Shown piece after piece: positions 39,701 through 55,226 of a DNA stretch of 64,000 nt. Each line of letters begins with the position of its first letter. Positions within the stretch are counted from its first letter, which is position 1. Origin of the DNA: Trichoplax adhaerens (lineage: Eukaryota > Animalia > Placozoa). The stretch lies in assembly GCF_000150275.1 (NCBI RefSeq), contig NW_002060945.1, positions 5,071,397 to 5,135,396 on the forward strand. The letters run 5' to 3'. The notes under the pieces were generated by a model. That model was not told the origin of the DNA. It ran no database searches and saw nothing but the letters and a program-made list of their open reading frames with translations. Position numbers and translations under genes: made by a program.

Positions 39701-42700
39701 ACACTGTATAATATCAATTTTATCCAAGATGGAATTTATAATTCTAAAGCAATATTTACCAAGTAGTACTAGAAGCAGACTAACCAGGCTATCATATTCA
39801 ATTATTGATATCGTATAGACACATACATTATCTATAGTCTCTCGGAGTCCAGTTGCAATAGCGAAAAATTTTCTTCGACCGAAGCCTCTAGAGCCATTAA
39901 ATTCCAACGAAATATCAAGTCCAGACGTTGATACACTATTAGTCAATAGCGAGAGCTCTAAAGATCATCTAATCGAAGTAGTTCAACTTCGTAATGATGT
40001 TGCCGAAACCATTGGAATGCAGCTACATGTTAGAAATGAAAGTGTTAACACCTTTAATGCTGATGGAGAATCGGTTGTTAAAACGTATAACCGTGTATTT
40101 ATTGCCTCGGTGGCTAAAGACGGAGCAGCAGCACGTGCAATAGGCGGCTCAGGTAGTTTACGTGCTGATGATGAAATTTTAGAAGTAGATGGTAAGGTAT
40201 TAAAAGATTTATCACCTGAGAGCTTACAAGCGACATTTCGTGAGATGCCGTCCGTTGTTAGTATGAAAATCAAACGAATGTTAGCGTTATCTAACAAACA
40301 GGATCCACTGAGAAGATCTGTAAAACCACCAGAAAAGCCTAATCGTAACAGTATGATTTTCGACGATGGCCAATTACAGCTGTCTGATTCTGGTACAAAT
40401 AGAACTAGGGGATCATCGAGTATTAATATTCCTAATGTAATAGAAAGCTTGGAGGAGGTTTCACAAGTAACTGATTTAACTACTCCAGATCATATACAAA
40501 GCCATAATGACGATTCTACAGCCTCCCCCTCATCAGTTATCCTTGATGGGACGCTTGGATCCAGATATGATGATAATCTCGACATGATTACTGGACAAGA
40601 ACATAACGAAAGGGCTGATAGTCAACTAATATCAGATCCAGTAAGGAACGGATTACTTGAGCAAGTAATTAATGACAAAGCTATTTCACCTGGTAGAGAT
40701 CATCAATCAGATGATCAACTTTTAAATAATCAAGGTAATGTAAATCTATCAAAGTTAATGTATTATAATCACAATGTCATCTCTAAAGTAGCAGTTGTTG
40801 CCTTTACTGATCACAGTGAAACATAATTGTGTTGTTACTAATTAATAAAACCTGATTCCTGCAATAGCAACACCTGGAGCACTGTCTACTAGTACCGGTG
40901 CGGAAACTAAAAAGAAACGTAAAGGAAAATTTTGGAGAAGGAAATCTGCCGCAGATATTAAAGTTTCAGTAGATAACGAAGATGTATCCATTTTTATAGG
41001 AAATGATCAATATCGGCTATTATCTAGTATTCCTCGAGGACGCAAAATTGATGAACCCTATCATATTATTTTGCAAAAAACTCGATCTAAGGGGCTTGGA
41101 TTGAAGTTAGAGTTAGATCTTGCGTCTCAGTCTTTTAAAATAGTAAAATATCGCTCAACTGGTACGATCAATAAGAAAGAGGATTTAACGTAAGTGAATA
41201 ATTAATTAAAGAAATAAATGTATACTCTTTAACAAAATTTATAAATTGCATGTGACATAATCCAATACTTTCAATTTTAAGCGAGGTCAATCATCTATTA
41301 ATTCAGTATGCTCTGCACGCTAGTTGATTACAGAAAATCTGCTTTAGAAGTAATTAAAGCGCATTTCGATGGTGATATATCCTATTGAGTTCATAGTTGC
41401 CGGGATTATCATATATGAATATTGCGTTCTGGATTGCTTCTCCATCCTATTATTGTAATAGCATTACTAGTTAATCGTTGCTGTAGAATTAATTCATAAC
41501 TTACGTTAACGAAATAATTCAATTATGAAAAGATTTTCCTTCAAAATCAAAGCTCAATAAACAATTGCAATTATTTAATGGTAATTGTGTTATTCTATTT
41601 TAAATTTCCGCAGTGTGGGCGATCTTGCTTTGAATATCAATAATCAAAACCTAGTAGGTAAAACGTCATCTGAAATCGAACGTATACTCAAATCGCTACC
41701 CTACGGACCGGTTACTATTGTTGCTGAAACTGCACACAGTTGGGCTAAGAGAGCTGCTGATTTAATGAGGTTAAGCACTTCAATGCTCAATGCGCCTTCA
41801 TCGTCTGCTATAGAAACTCCTAAATCAGGATCTGAAGAACTGACAGTTTTATCAGTACAGGTAATTGCTTACAGTAATGTTGATATACAGTACCGTATAT
41901 CTGCTGTGATCTTTAATTATTTCACCCTTGTAATAAGATTTGTATCTCATATCTATTGCTATTAAAATAAATTTTAAGTAAAATTAGTTTTAATAGCAAT
42001 GCAATACCATAATTGCATCCCTTAATAACTCCGGTTAACAAGTAAGCAGATTGAATGCTATTTTATGAGTTAAAGAATAAAATAAATTTTTATTCAGTAA
42101 CAAAATTAGCGTAATTCGCAACTGCATAGGATCATCTAACAATTATAAACTATAATCAATCTATAGATTATCGCTACCATCTTAGGGTTAAAAATTATTA
42201 TCATATTACTATATAAAATGTCATCCAGAGTAGGATAAGCACAGCAGTTGTATGCATGATACTCCATATAATTCAATAGAATACAAATTAAATTATTGGA
42301 TTCTAATGCACTCGTTGATTTGTAGCAGACGGAACTGTAAGGGGCCTCTCTTAATATTCTCTCTGAAAGCTGCTATTGTTATATTAGAAACACCTTGATA
42401 AAAACTTTCATGTCTTAATTACCGTTTTCTAGCGAATTGACTATCCTACGAATATTTTTAGATCGATAAGAGCGATGCTGCTATTTTTGGTGTTACTGTG
42501 GAAGAGGGCTATCATATGGATACGTCTTATATTTATATTAAAGACATCGAGCCAGGTTCACCAGCTGGATGTTCTAATAAATTTCTCCTTGGCGATCGTA
42601 TCATTTCAATTAATAATCAATCCACAGTAGGAGTTTCAGCAGAAGAAGCTGAAGTAATTTTAGCATCTTCATCAGGTATTATCGACATGGTCATCCACAG

Positions 42701-43881
42701 ATTACCCCGTAGTAAGTCAATAACCGATAGTGCAGGTACAGGTATATCTCGCGATGTAATTAAAGTAGAAGATATTCAATTAGAACAAAAGGACTCTCCC
42801 GATGGTAATATTAACGTCCAAGAATCTATGCAACAGGCATTACAGCACGCACAATCACATAACGATCAATCTAAAGACGAGGAAACCAAACCTGATGGCT
42901 TTAAATCACTGCTGAATCCGGGAGATACTTATCATCGTGTTAAAATTCGCCGTGAAGGAAATACCTATGGATTTAGTGTAGCCAGTAGAATATCGGATAG
43001 AGCCGTTATTGTAAGTTAATTTATATTATTTCATACAATAAATTCGATTAATAGCTCTCGGAAAACGTGTTTATAACAATTTATAAATAATAATAAAAAA
43101 TATTTCTTAATTGGTATAACTTGATACTGAAATGGTTTACTTGGAATAGGTAAGGAAGGTAACTCCAGGTAGCTTGCTTGATCAAACTGGCAATGTTAAA
43201 TTTGGTGATAGAATTCTAGCGGTTGATGGTATCAAAATTACAGAAGGCTCTGATCAAACTGTTCAAATATTAAAAAGTTCAACTAAAGCAGTCGAATTAC
43301 ACATCGCTCGGCCGGCAATGACTGGACATAAAGCTTCAAGCAGTTCGTCTTTTGCAATTTCACAATCACGCAGGCGGAAATCGTCAGGCAATAGCTACAC
43401 AGGAAGTATAGAATTAAAACCAGATGGACAAAAAGCACTGAACAATTCAATTTCTCGCTCAATTGTTACACCTCAGGAAAGAGATAAGCAAAAATTATTA
43501 AATAATGTAGAATCAGCAGTCACAAACCCTCAGGTAGACCAGCAGATTTCTTTAAGTAACCCAAACTCCGTTGCTTCAGTTCCGCAGATAGATACTTTAA
43601 GCCATTGTAAGGTGGTTAAAATCAATAAGACAGCGGCTGGGCTAGGATTTAGCGTTGGTGTAATTGGCAAAGGTTGCGATAGCACGGTCGTTATTAAATC
43701 TATACTACCTTATGGTGCTGCTAGCCAATCAGGCAATATTGAATCTGGTGATGACTTACTCGAAGTTAATGGCCTTCCAATGCAAGGCCTCCCATATAAT
43801 GAAGTCACCAATGTATTGAAATCTACACCGCCTGGTGTAGTAGTGCTAAAAATTAGGCATACAAATAATGAAGCAATTTAA
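33799..43881 (+). CDS. Multi-PDZ scaffold (about 8 PDZ domains), PDZD2/pro-IL-16-like, with a possible N-terminal L27. Exons approx. 33799-34265, 36313-36409, 36878-36993, 37154-37304, 37798-38260, 38363-38498, 39139-39375, 39550-39610, 39819-40734, 40868-41189, 41614-41860, 42462-43010, 43150-43881
   Basis: Repeated PDZ motifs (GLGI/GLGF/YGFS loops; GDxILxVNG-type strands). The post-PDZ motif RHHQDPKISEQ resembles RHPDPQVSEQ/RHPNPKVSEQ of IL-16/PDZD2, and the last domain KTAAGLGFS...GDDLLEVNGLPMQGL...PPGVVVLKIR resembles mature IL-16. A micro-exon near 36769-36789 is possible but unresolved. Confidence 0.82.
35530..35638. mobile_element. 93-bp foldback MITE (35538-35630, TAG...CTA termini) flanked by the 8-bp direct repeat GTGATCAC; hAT-like or Academ-like
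   Basis: Near-perfect inverted arms of about 39/40 nt around a 14-nt spacer. Identical GTGATCAC at 35530-35537 and 35631-35638; because it is palindromic it could instead be part of the arms. Confidence 0.65.
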
Positions 43882-45868
43882 CAAGTAGTAAGCCATATAT
43901 TACTGTATATGTATTAACATGATGATAAATTCGTTTAAATCTTTGAAATTATCTTAAAATTTTATTAAATTTTAAATTTAATACCGCGGAATTTTCTCAT
44001 TGCCACGCTATGATATCTTGTATCACTAAACGTAAAACCTGTTTCTTTTCTCTCTATTAAATAATATATTTTTTATCACTACCCTATTCGATCATGTAAT
44101 AGTGAACGTTGTTTTCATATTGTAGTAAGATATTACTTTACTACATTTCTCTTTTTAAAAGACGATAAAATGACAATTTTATACGTTTTGGCAGCAGTGA
44201 TTCCAAATAGGGTTTCTTTATGAATTCAGAAAGGATAATTTCAAGACAATTCGTGAATTTATTATACTTTAAACTTTATACTTTTGGTAGATTTATTTAA
44301 TTCATCTTTTGAGAATATTCTATTTTCGACACCATCAGTTGGGTAGTGAAGTAATTACTACGCGCTTTCCTAAATTTTACATCGCAGATAATTCTAAATT
44401 TATTCAAAAACTATTTACTTCTGTTAAACGTCCATTATTTACTGTCTGTTGGTCAAGTAGAAAATCTTATCAGACATTACAGTAACTGAATTGGAATTAT
44501 ATTTTAAAATATTTACGTACCAATAAAACATTTTATTTCCGTCACTGATATGAGTATAGAACAAACCTATGCTAAGTTTCGATTAGGATTGAATTCAAAC
44601 GCAATTCTTTATCCGAGTATCCCTACTTCTAGCCCTATTCATTTCAAGTGTTGCTTACATACTAAACCAACCACAGCGATCCTACATATCGATGTGTAAC
44701 GCAGTACGTGCAGCTTCTTTATGATGCAAGTAGATACTACAATCCTCAATATTATCCCAAATTTAAAATTTAAAGTTTTACATACTGCTACAACAAGATT
44801 TCTGTGACATGATCCTCTCACTGAGTTTCATGAATTAGGGATTCGGTTGGAATGATTGTTAAACAAGCAGGCAAACTCTGAACTCAGAGCTTGCGATACT
44901 GTGATGCCATTATAGTCGGGCATTCTAACAAGATCATATGAATTCATTCCTCAACGACTTTTTACAGTACTCTTTCCTTAATATCAAGGGGATCAATTAG
45001 CTAATGACGAATAATGCTGTGCATATACAACAGTAAGAAAGTTCAACCTGTGTATATGTATTAAAAGCTTTTGCTGAACATATCATAGAATGTAACACTA
45101 AGTAAAGTTCAGATTATGCATTCTGCTACTATATAGCGTAAACTCTCTTCTTTTCTTGCACTAAATGAATAGATTTTTAAGCTTAAGGTTCACAATCTAC
45201 TAACTCAAAAATTTGAGTAGTTTAGAATAGTGTTCGCCTCTAGTATGTCACACTAGCTATAATCTATAATTATTTTATCGAGCACAACCGTTTATTCTAT
45301 AGCACATAGGTTCACTTCATATTCCTATTATAATTTCAAACATGCAATTACTATTATTAATTAGTCGAGATCAATACACTTCTGTTTCAGTTATCATACT
45401 GACTCTCTACTCTTTCTATTATGCCATCATCTTACATACCAGTCTAAATCTTTATTGTTCTCTTCACAAATTCCTTCTCATTTCTCTACACATTCATCCT
45501 TAAACTGTCAGAGCGTCTAATAGAATTCTCATGTTCTATAACTGACTAGTATCAAGAATTGCTAACTATATTTACTATAACATAATACAGTTTATTGACC
45601 CTAATTTAATTACAATCCAGATAATGACGATTGTGTTATTGAATCCAAATATAGGATAATCATCCAAATTTTACTGCAATTATCAGAGAAAGATATTACA
45701 GAATGTGATCAATGTTTGCAACTGATGATATTCTATTATATCTTATGATTATCTCTTACAAACATTTAAACAAATTTATGATAGACGCTTCGATTAGCAA
45801 AAACCAATTCATTTGCATGACAGATAAATTTTCTCTTAATCAGATGAGCATTGGTTTAAGTAACACTA

Positions 45869-45891
45869 CATATATATATATATATATATAT
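45869..45891. repeat. (TA)n microsatellite
   Basis: catatatatatatatatatatatag. Confidence 0.9.
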
Positions 45892-46242
45892 AGCACGGTT
45901 AACGATTGCAAATTTCTTACTTACTCATCTGCTACAATAAATATCTAAGCTACCAATGATTACAGTAGATTTCATTAAAACAGCTACATAAGAGTACCGC
46001 GGCTATTAAACACTATTATTATTATGTACTGAATAAAAAATAAACTATCGCAGTTGTTTATCAATCCGTTGCTACGTAAAAGTGATATACAAATCTTCTT
46101 TTTATGAACTTCGTTCTATACCCGGACTTTCTGTCCAAGATTAGAAATGATGTTAATCATTCTTTTCTATCAGCTTGCATTATTCAATCATGTCCATCGC
46201 CTGTCACGGACACAAAGAGAATAAAAATCTCGATAATGACGA

Positions 46243-48429
<2,187 letters not shown>

Positions 48430-48653
48430 ACTACAGCAATTCCGAGATAGAGTATAAAACCATAAAATTGACGATAAAATTAATAAGTTTCTCTAAAAAC
48501 GAGATAATACGATACTGCAAGATCTTGAACTTGTCTTACATGAATATGATATACTTGTATGTGTATAATTACGATCTGCGCAAATATCCGAATAAAGTTA
48601 CAGTACAGCTCTTGTACGATACTTATTCTGCACTCTGCATTAGTGCAATTAGT

Positions 48654-49430
48654 GTACTGTACTGTAGTGTGTACAGTACAGTACAGACCGTATAGTGTAC
48701 AGTATCAAGAGATTTCAGGTTTCAGCCACTCGAGCATTCGCACTCGGATCCAGTGCAGTACTGTACTGTACTGTACTGTAGATCTGATTTACTGTTTTAA
48801 CTACGCCGTACTGTACACTCAGTGTACAGTGTACTGTAGAGGTAAGTTTTTTTCTTACCTCTATGACCTTTCGTAAGCTAATATAGCACAGTACTGTACT
48901 ACACAATACGGTCGTGTGTAAAAACTTTAAATACTGTGTGTACAGTACAGTACAGTACAGTACAGTATGCAACTACAGTACAGTACACATTACTTTACAG
49001 TGTACAGTACACTGAGTACAGTACAGTACTGTACTGCACAATACTGTACGGTCGTGTGTAAAAACTTTAAACTTTAAATAATGTGTGTATGCAACTACAG
49101 TACAGTACAGTACAGTATGCTTGCAAGTTGCAACCGATCCATGTACTGTACTGTACACTGTACAGTACAGTACAGTACAGTGCTGCATGGGTTTCCCCTT
49201 TTCAGAATACATACTGTACTGTATACTGTACAGTACTGTACGTACGCAATATACAGTACAGTACAGAGAACGCGTGAATCCTCTGTTCAGTTATTTTTGT
49301 ACAAACCAAATGCCATGTCACTATGCTACATATGCTTATCAAATTATATATACTTCGTACAGCACGCGTACATTATGCATTATTACAATACACTTACTAT
49401 ACAGTGTATAGTGTACAGTGTACATACAAT
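48654..49430. repeat. Dense TACAG/CTGTA array upstream of GOLPH3, including a 140-bp-period duplication
   Basis: Tandem TACAG runs; the 25-mer tacggtcgtgtgtaaaaactttaaa occurs at 48907 and 49047. Confidence 0.92.
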
Positions 49431-51075
49431 GCATAAATAAATAAGAAAATAAATATGGAGCCGCTCACGAATACCCAAGATTAATGAACTAAGAGATTCA
49501 ATGGGCAGATACTTACCATTCAGAGTCAGAGGGTCTTGAGCAGTAGACTGTACTCAGTACTATATTTTGGATAAATTTCTGTAATAAAGGAATTGACTAA
49601 TAGATTATATTTATATTATATAGATATTATTATATATTAATATTTTCGCTACGGGATCATATTACGATTACAAGGGCGTTTTTAAGCTATTAAAGTAGCA
49701 GTCAGTTATATACTGTAGTTACGCGACCTACTACAAATGAGTGAATATCATAGTTTCTTTTTATTATGACAAGAATAGAAGAGGATTTCTTCAAGAGGTT
49801 AACATTGAAGAAACACAAAAGTATCTTTGCTAATAAATTATCACAACAATAGCTGCAATGCAACAATAAGTTAACAGTCAAGTCTGCAGTATATTACACA
49901 TCCAAAATTGCGTTTTAAATCTCGAACAAAACATGCAATTTCAGGTTGCCAGGGATTTGAAGTGCCTGACGTTCCATGCCTGATGCCTCTAGTTTAGTAG
50001 TACAGAACAGTATATAATATACTGTATTGCACCATACACAGTACAGAGTAATGCTATATACAGTTTAGTACTGTACTGAAAAGTGTTTCCGTGGGGTGGG
50101 TTAACCTTCAGATCGGTCAATTAACAATAATAATTTTAATTTTATTTTAATATACCAGCTGCGTCGGTAAAAATGCCGATAGCGTAACAGCTTGTAATCG
50201 CTAAACATTTAAATGAATGCATTGATATTATTAAGAATGGAGTTCAAAACTCAGTACAGTATAGAACATTTAAAAAGTACTATGAGAAGTAGTACTGCAT
50301 AAATCTTTACAATATTGGATACAAGATCTACTCTTCCCGATGGCAAGTTAAAATTTTCCCTTTTTTTCTTCGAAGAAAATAAAAGCGATAGTGTCCTCGT
50401 TGGGATTGGGTCCTGTTATTATTCGCGTAAACTTCTGCATATGCGCTTTGCACGGGCTGTATTAATGCTAGAAAAGGCTTTGTTAATAAGTTAAAAATGA
50501 CTGCAAACAAGAATTTATGATTCAGTATCATAAATCATATTTCGTCATCAGCATCAACGTGGTAAAAGTACAGTGTACAGTTCACAGTGCTCTCGTATAC
50601 AGGGTTATCAAGGAAAACAACGCATAAAACACAGTGATTTAAAGCATGGCTGATACAGTATATCGCAACATTAGTACTGTATATTGATACTGTCATATGA
50701 TACCGTAAACTAGAAAAAGAATCTTATTCTAGTAGCCCTTAGCCAATGGCAATACTGACTAGACGTTATCATCAAATACCGGTACTTTTTATAGCATTAC
50801 AGAGTGATTTAGCATAAACAACGTTTTCTCTACTGGGTTTTATGTTGCTAATCTGGCTGATGCCAACTGTCTTAGCGCTGAATCCAGTAAATAAATTGTC
50901 GAGAAAAAATGAAATAAAAACATTTTACTGGAAATTTGTGCAACATAGCAGCATTTTTAACCCTTTCTACGCGGCTCGCTGACTTGTTTTATACTCCGTT
51001 GCTAGTAAGCAATAATGTTATACTCGTATATATCAAATTTAGCAAAACCTCAATTAACTAAGAAGAAATTGTCAA

Positions 51076-54000
51076 TCATGTCTTGTACGACGTCGGAGGC
51101 TTGAGCTTTAATAATTCTCTATTGCCTAGTGGTATTCTCTTGGGCTTTTCACTACTAGTGCTGATCATCTTGGCATCTCCTGGGTTAAGGGCTTCTTTGA
51201 TTCTACTATCCTTTACCTCGCGCTCATCTTTACTCTTAGCCGTCCCACTTTGTTTCTTGACATTGCTCTTCGAATAATAAGTCATACTAGATTCTGTTTC
51301 ATGGTCCCCGCTCCGACTAGCAGTTTGCTTTTTTATTACGCCGGAACTACTGGGAGATTTAAAGTTTGAGCGAGTACCTATTATTCCCTTTGTACTAGAT
51401 GATCCATGCGCACGGTCGTTTACTGTCTTCTTTTGACCTTCTAAATTCTGCTTTTTAGATTGTTCGTGCGGTAATAGTTTGCTAGTCTTACGGAACGCTT
51501 TCCCTCCATCTTGCTGATCTTCTCTGCAGACAGCGTCGCTTTTGTCGTCTTTCACAGAGGGATTTGTAAGTAAATCCTGAATTGATTGCGACGCTAAAAA
51601 AGAATCCCGTTCCATTTCCACTTTAATAAGATCACTAGCTAATTGATCTCGTTTGAGAGCATTTTCCTTCGTAAGTTCGTCCAAATTTTCATTAAAAAGT
51701 TGACTGTATGTAGACAGGGCCTCGACTCCTTTTAATCCGTATAGAAATGTGCTACATTAGTCATGTTGATAAAAATGTTGAGATAATTTAAGTTTACTTA
51801 TTGTACATTAAACTAGAAATATCTTGTTTCTGTATACCGGGGCTAATTCCATCACTATTATTGTACGGCTCAAATGCTTTTGCCACATCATATAACTAGA
51901 GGTAAATATTGCAATCAACTTCAATAAGATTTTTCATGGAATGGGTTATAGCATCTGATTAGACCATGCATATCTACAAAAATGATCACCTCTTTCGTTT
52001 TCGATTTAAAGGTAGTAATAAAATTTCTTAAAGCCTCTCCTGAAACTGTATCACTTAATTCCGTGAAAGAATGCAGCACTTCCTTTAAAGGCATTACGAT
52101 CTTATTGATAGCTTGTTTCTCAAAACCCTGATATGCGTTTCTAATTAATTAAAACATCATGTTGTTATACAGTATTTATAATATACGAGTATGATATCCA
52201 TACCTAGCTATAATTAAAATTAATTCTAACCTGATGTTAGTAAATATCGAATTGATGTAATCTAGTTGAATTTGATAAACTGTTTGGTGAAATTTAACTT
52301 CTCGTAAAACAGATTTATGCTGAAACGTAGCAAAAGAACATAAATAGTTGCAGGTTAAAAAACGCAAACAGATATCTATTTACCTCTATTGACTTCATAA
52401 GAATTTCATAATTGACGGCCTTAAGGAGAGCAGAAATGACACTAATAGCCTAGTAATAGATTCCAGAAAAAACTTTCAATTATTTTATTAATATATAAAT
52501 CAATTTAATAGTATTGAAAAGCCCTTTATAAGCAAAACCAATCAGACAATGAGTTACATCTTGTTTTTTATTTTTAGGAATAAAAGGCAAATGAGACATA
52601 ACCATGGCTGGCGTAATTCTCGCCGGAAATGCTCTCTTTAGAGCAACCTAAAGTTTACAGAGGATTGATTATAGCTTGAAGATCTGATTATGTTCACTCT
52701 TACACTTTAGCGTTATGTTAAGAAACGAATCTCACCCATGGAGCAGATGGGACCAAGAGCGATAGTGAAAGAAGATCATGAGTAGACTTATGAAGTGATT
52801 CTATAGCACTATCAAATTGTTCATTAATATGTTCACCATACGCTCTGGAAATATGCTCGCTTAAAAAAGAAGACTTTTCAGTGTCCTTGTTGAAACGTAA
52901 GGTAGACAAGGAAACTCGTAATGACGTTAGCTTCTTATAAAGCGTTACAAGACTGGATTCCAGCTGAGCCTGTAAAACAAAGTATTTCTCGTTAAATCTT
53001 CTTAGAATCTTAATTTTTACCGCAATTTTAGAGCTTTCATCTCTGAACAGTGGTTGAGAACGAATTATGGTTAAGCTAATCTATTGTGCAAGTACCAACA
53101 TTAAGATCAGATCTCTCTATAAAAAATGTAAACAATTAAAGAAGTACTGTAATGATAGTGCTATTTCATTTTCATCAAAATTTGTAAGCAGATGCTTAAG
53201 AAACTATAATAAAATTACCAATAGTTATATAAATGTAAGAAAGTTGGTTGATTTATATAAGCAAAATGTTTGGACTCATGATGGCACTTTACCAACTACC
53301 ATATATCTAAGAATCATTTTAGAATAGAGTAAAATAGCGCTATAATATAGCTCTTTTAGTTTTATATTCGTATATAACTAATCTTAAAGCAATGTTGTTG
53401 AGTGCAATGTTAAGAATAGGTAGTAATCAAGTAGTATCTAGAGTAATTAAACGTATCATGTGTAGTAGATTAAAATAGGTTACGTTATTTATGCAGACAT
53501 GAAACTTATTAAAACTCACAATTTGACTTAGATTTAGATACTCTAATTTTCCGCTGGTCACATCTAGCAATGACAGATTTTGATCACGAGTCTTCTGGTT
53601 GACATAAGTATTTGGAAACAGAAAAGTATTTGGATTTCTGTTTACTGTCTTCGATTCCTAAATCAGTAAATATGCCATTCATGATTCAGTTATTACTACC
53701 AATATACAGTATAGATGATCAGACTAAAGGTATTATTATTTACCTCAACGGTTTTACATAGCCGGCGTTTACAACATTCTAAATCGCTTTTGATACGCTT
53801 GATCGTTATCGTAGAAATTTGAAGGCTAGCATTATCAGTATTCTGATTGCTAGCAATGACGGATCTGCAGAAATAAGAAATATCATAGGTAATAATAATT
53901 AATTATAAGCTCTTTGATAATAAATTTGTATGCTAGTAAGAAAAATCTCTTTAATAGTGCAATAATCTAATATTTAATTAGTAAATATCAAAGCTATGCT

Positions 54001-55226
54001 GTCAATGTAGTCGTAAGACTAGTTCATTTATATTCACCGGTACTGTGGACTCTTATTACAAAAGATAACACTACGCAAAAAATCCTATTATCAATGAATG
54101 CTTTGCATTTTATTATAGAATATCATCGCAGATTAACTATGGTAATGTATCTGTAAACAGTTGTACAGGTACATGAATATAAATATAATAGAGTATCAAC
54201 TTGTGAGTTTTTACATTGATAGAGTTATTCATTGATTCCGTTATAAGGGTGCAAGGTACATACTTCACATTACCAAGGACTTCTTCTACTGTACTTGCTA
54301 AGAAATCAATGGATTCAGCATTCCTAGCTATAGTTTGAGATTGTACGAAAACCTATCATATCGGAAATTTAAAGTTAAAAAGTCATTCAGCTTTCAATTT
54401 GGGAGTTCAAACATAACGTTCAACTATTTTGTTCACAGCACAATTTGTAATATGTTCCAACATCTTTAAGTAGTAAATAAATATTGCAGCAAATTTACAC
54501 ACTAAACAAGCTACTGTATTCACCTGACGTTCCAACTGTATTACAGTAGCTTTCAGCAAATTTACTCGCCTTTCATCAAATTTTTCGCTGGAACTTTCAT
54601 CTAGTAATTGTGTGAAGATAGATCTAATAATATAATATTATAGTATAAGTACGTACAGTATTAGATACTGTTAGTCGTATATTACTGCATTACTCGTTAA
54701 CAATGGTTATGTAATTGTAATTATAGAAATCAAAAACAGTATGCTGGTAGACGTTGATATACTGGAATTTTAAACAGATAATGGTCTTATAGTAAATTAT
54801 GACTTGCAAAATTTTAGGTATGTCTGTGAAGCGAACATTAACTAACTTGGCTGCATCAAGCTCTTCTTTTAGCTTGGCATTCTCTTCTTTTAGAACCTGT
54901 AAATATAAATAAAAAATAAATATTACAGCATAATGCATGCACACTGCTTTGAATACCGTTCATACTAGAAATTATCCTATATCACGTAAAATAATGACCG
55001 AGTGTAACTGGCGGTAACACATAGTTGTGGAATGCATATCCAACAAAGAGGAAATATATCGTAATATACATAGCAGACGATACTGTAACAATAAATATTT
55101 ACTTGCCTCATTTTCTTTCTGTAACATTTCTTCTCTAGCTCCGGGTTTACCAATGTTATCAACTGTGTCTACATCTTCTGTTTCTACATATTCGCTACCA
55201 ATAAATAGTTTACGGTTCATATTCAT
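51076..55226 (-). CDS. Uncharacterised coiled-coil protein with a basic low-complexity C-terminus. Exons approx. 55107-55226(55259), 54847-54896, 54524-54623, 54264-54352, 53744-53864, 53520-53657, 52736-52969, 52558-52647, 52384-52449, 52231-52319, 51990-52140, 51838-51895, 51076-51728
   Basis: A chain of phase-compatible exons can be built across about 4.2 kb (LKEENAKLKEEL, FDERRVNLLKATVIQLERQ, LLSLSLLVPSAPW, EVKFHQTVYQIQLDY). The first intron needs a GC donor and the start codon is uncertain. Family not recognised. Confidence 0.75.

Noticed and set aside
39689-40297. Minus-strand ORFs (also 1024-1284, 15824-16024, 20179-20415) and plus-strand 10319-10501 and 51083-51277
   Set aside because: Antisense shadows of real coding exons.
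48468-49440. Overlapping ORFs rich in YSTVQ/LYCTV (also at 11196, 13344, 24862, 25118, 27341, 55759-56299)
   Set aside because: They are translations of the TACAG/CTGTA repeat, which is stop-poor in several frames; there is no protein signal.
49509-49520. ATACTTACC resembling the U1 snRNA 5' end
   Set aside because: The downstream sequence lacks U1 stem-loops and an Sm site; it is better read as a minus-strand splice donor.
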